Below are positions 63,974 to 64,000 of a stretch of DNA of 64,000 nt, piece after piece. The stretch's first letter is position 1, and each line of letters starts with the position of its first letter. The translations under genes were made by a program, and so were the position numbers. The stretch spans positions 335,480 through 399,479 of the forward strand of contig JBGAON010000001.1 of NCBI GenBank assembly GCA_044221725.1, read 5' to 3'. This DNA is from Elusimicrobiota bacterium. GTDB lineage: Bacteria > Elusimicrobiota > Elusimicrobia > F11. The notes under the pieces are model-generated. The model was given only the letters and a program-made list of their open reading frames with translations. It was not told the origin of the DNA and made no database searches.

Positions 63974-64000
63974 AGCGCGGCGGAGAAAAAGTCGGCAACC

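Noticed and set aside
1-64000. CRISPR arrays, prophage or integrative elements
   Set aside because: No short direct-repeat/spacer periodicity was seen. No integrase, transposase, recombinase, capsid or terminase-like ORFs occur despite five tRNA genes that could serve as integration sites.

Overview
This 64 kb window is bacterial chromosomal DNA of moderately high GC content, coding almost entirely on the + strand. Only four genes lie on the - strand, and no integrase, transposase or CRISPR array is present. A type-IX-secretion type-B C-terminal sorting domain, many secreted multidomain proteins and a two-subunit 2-oxoacid:ferredoxin oxidoreductase suggest an uncultivated FCB-superphylum-like organism; this placement is inference. 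The window divides into six blocks. (1) A 5'-truncated rpoN, a TPR protein, a tRNA-Leu(CAG) absent from the ORF track, smpB, a tRNA-Ser(CGA) and an OmpA-family protein. (2) A putative periplasmic glycan-modification module with sulfotransferase, GT2 polyprenyl-phosphate sugar synthase, SAM-methyltransferase and a polytopic GT-C-like membrane protein with a CBM4_9-like tail, followed by tRNA-Ser(GGA), mscS on the - strand and tRNA-Ala(CGC). (3) A Pro/Ala-rich TPR membrane protein, a two-subunit 2-oxoacid:ferredoxin oxidoreductase, a SirC-like precorrin-2 dehydrogenase, mdh and a pterin-4a-carbinolamine dehydratase. (4) A very unusual 1925-aa polytopic membrane protein with an N-terminal Tiki/TraB/GumN-like periplasmic domain, a membrane-embedded HExxH motif, an internal cytoplasmic D-isomer-specific 2-hydroxyacid dehydrogenase domain and a novel C-terminal domain. 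(5) A housekeeping block rpsF-ssb-rpsR-rplI-dnaB-alr-mlaEFD-BFN-yacL-ispD-ispF-cysS-rlmB, then tRNA-Thr and a sugar ABC importer. (6) A large cell-envelope island of secreted proteins, lipoproteins and outer-membrane proteins built from recurring modules: a CBM-like beta-sandwich module in five copies, an alpha/alpha-toroid-like module in three proteins, and a C-terminal module shared by a 277-aa secreted protein and a 1325-aa surface protein. This island also carries a PorP/SprF- or FadL-like beta-barrel, a T9SS type-B CTD cargo protein, a GAF-GGDEF diguanylate cyclase, and DUF3015 and DUF4105 beta-barrel proteins. A perfect 88-bp MITE-like inverted-repeat element sits at the 5' end of the 1325-aa ORF. 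The leading candidates for undescribed biology are the 1925-aa fusion protein and the modular surface/secretion locus at 49.2-61.4 kb.
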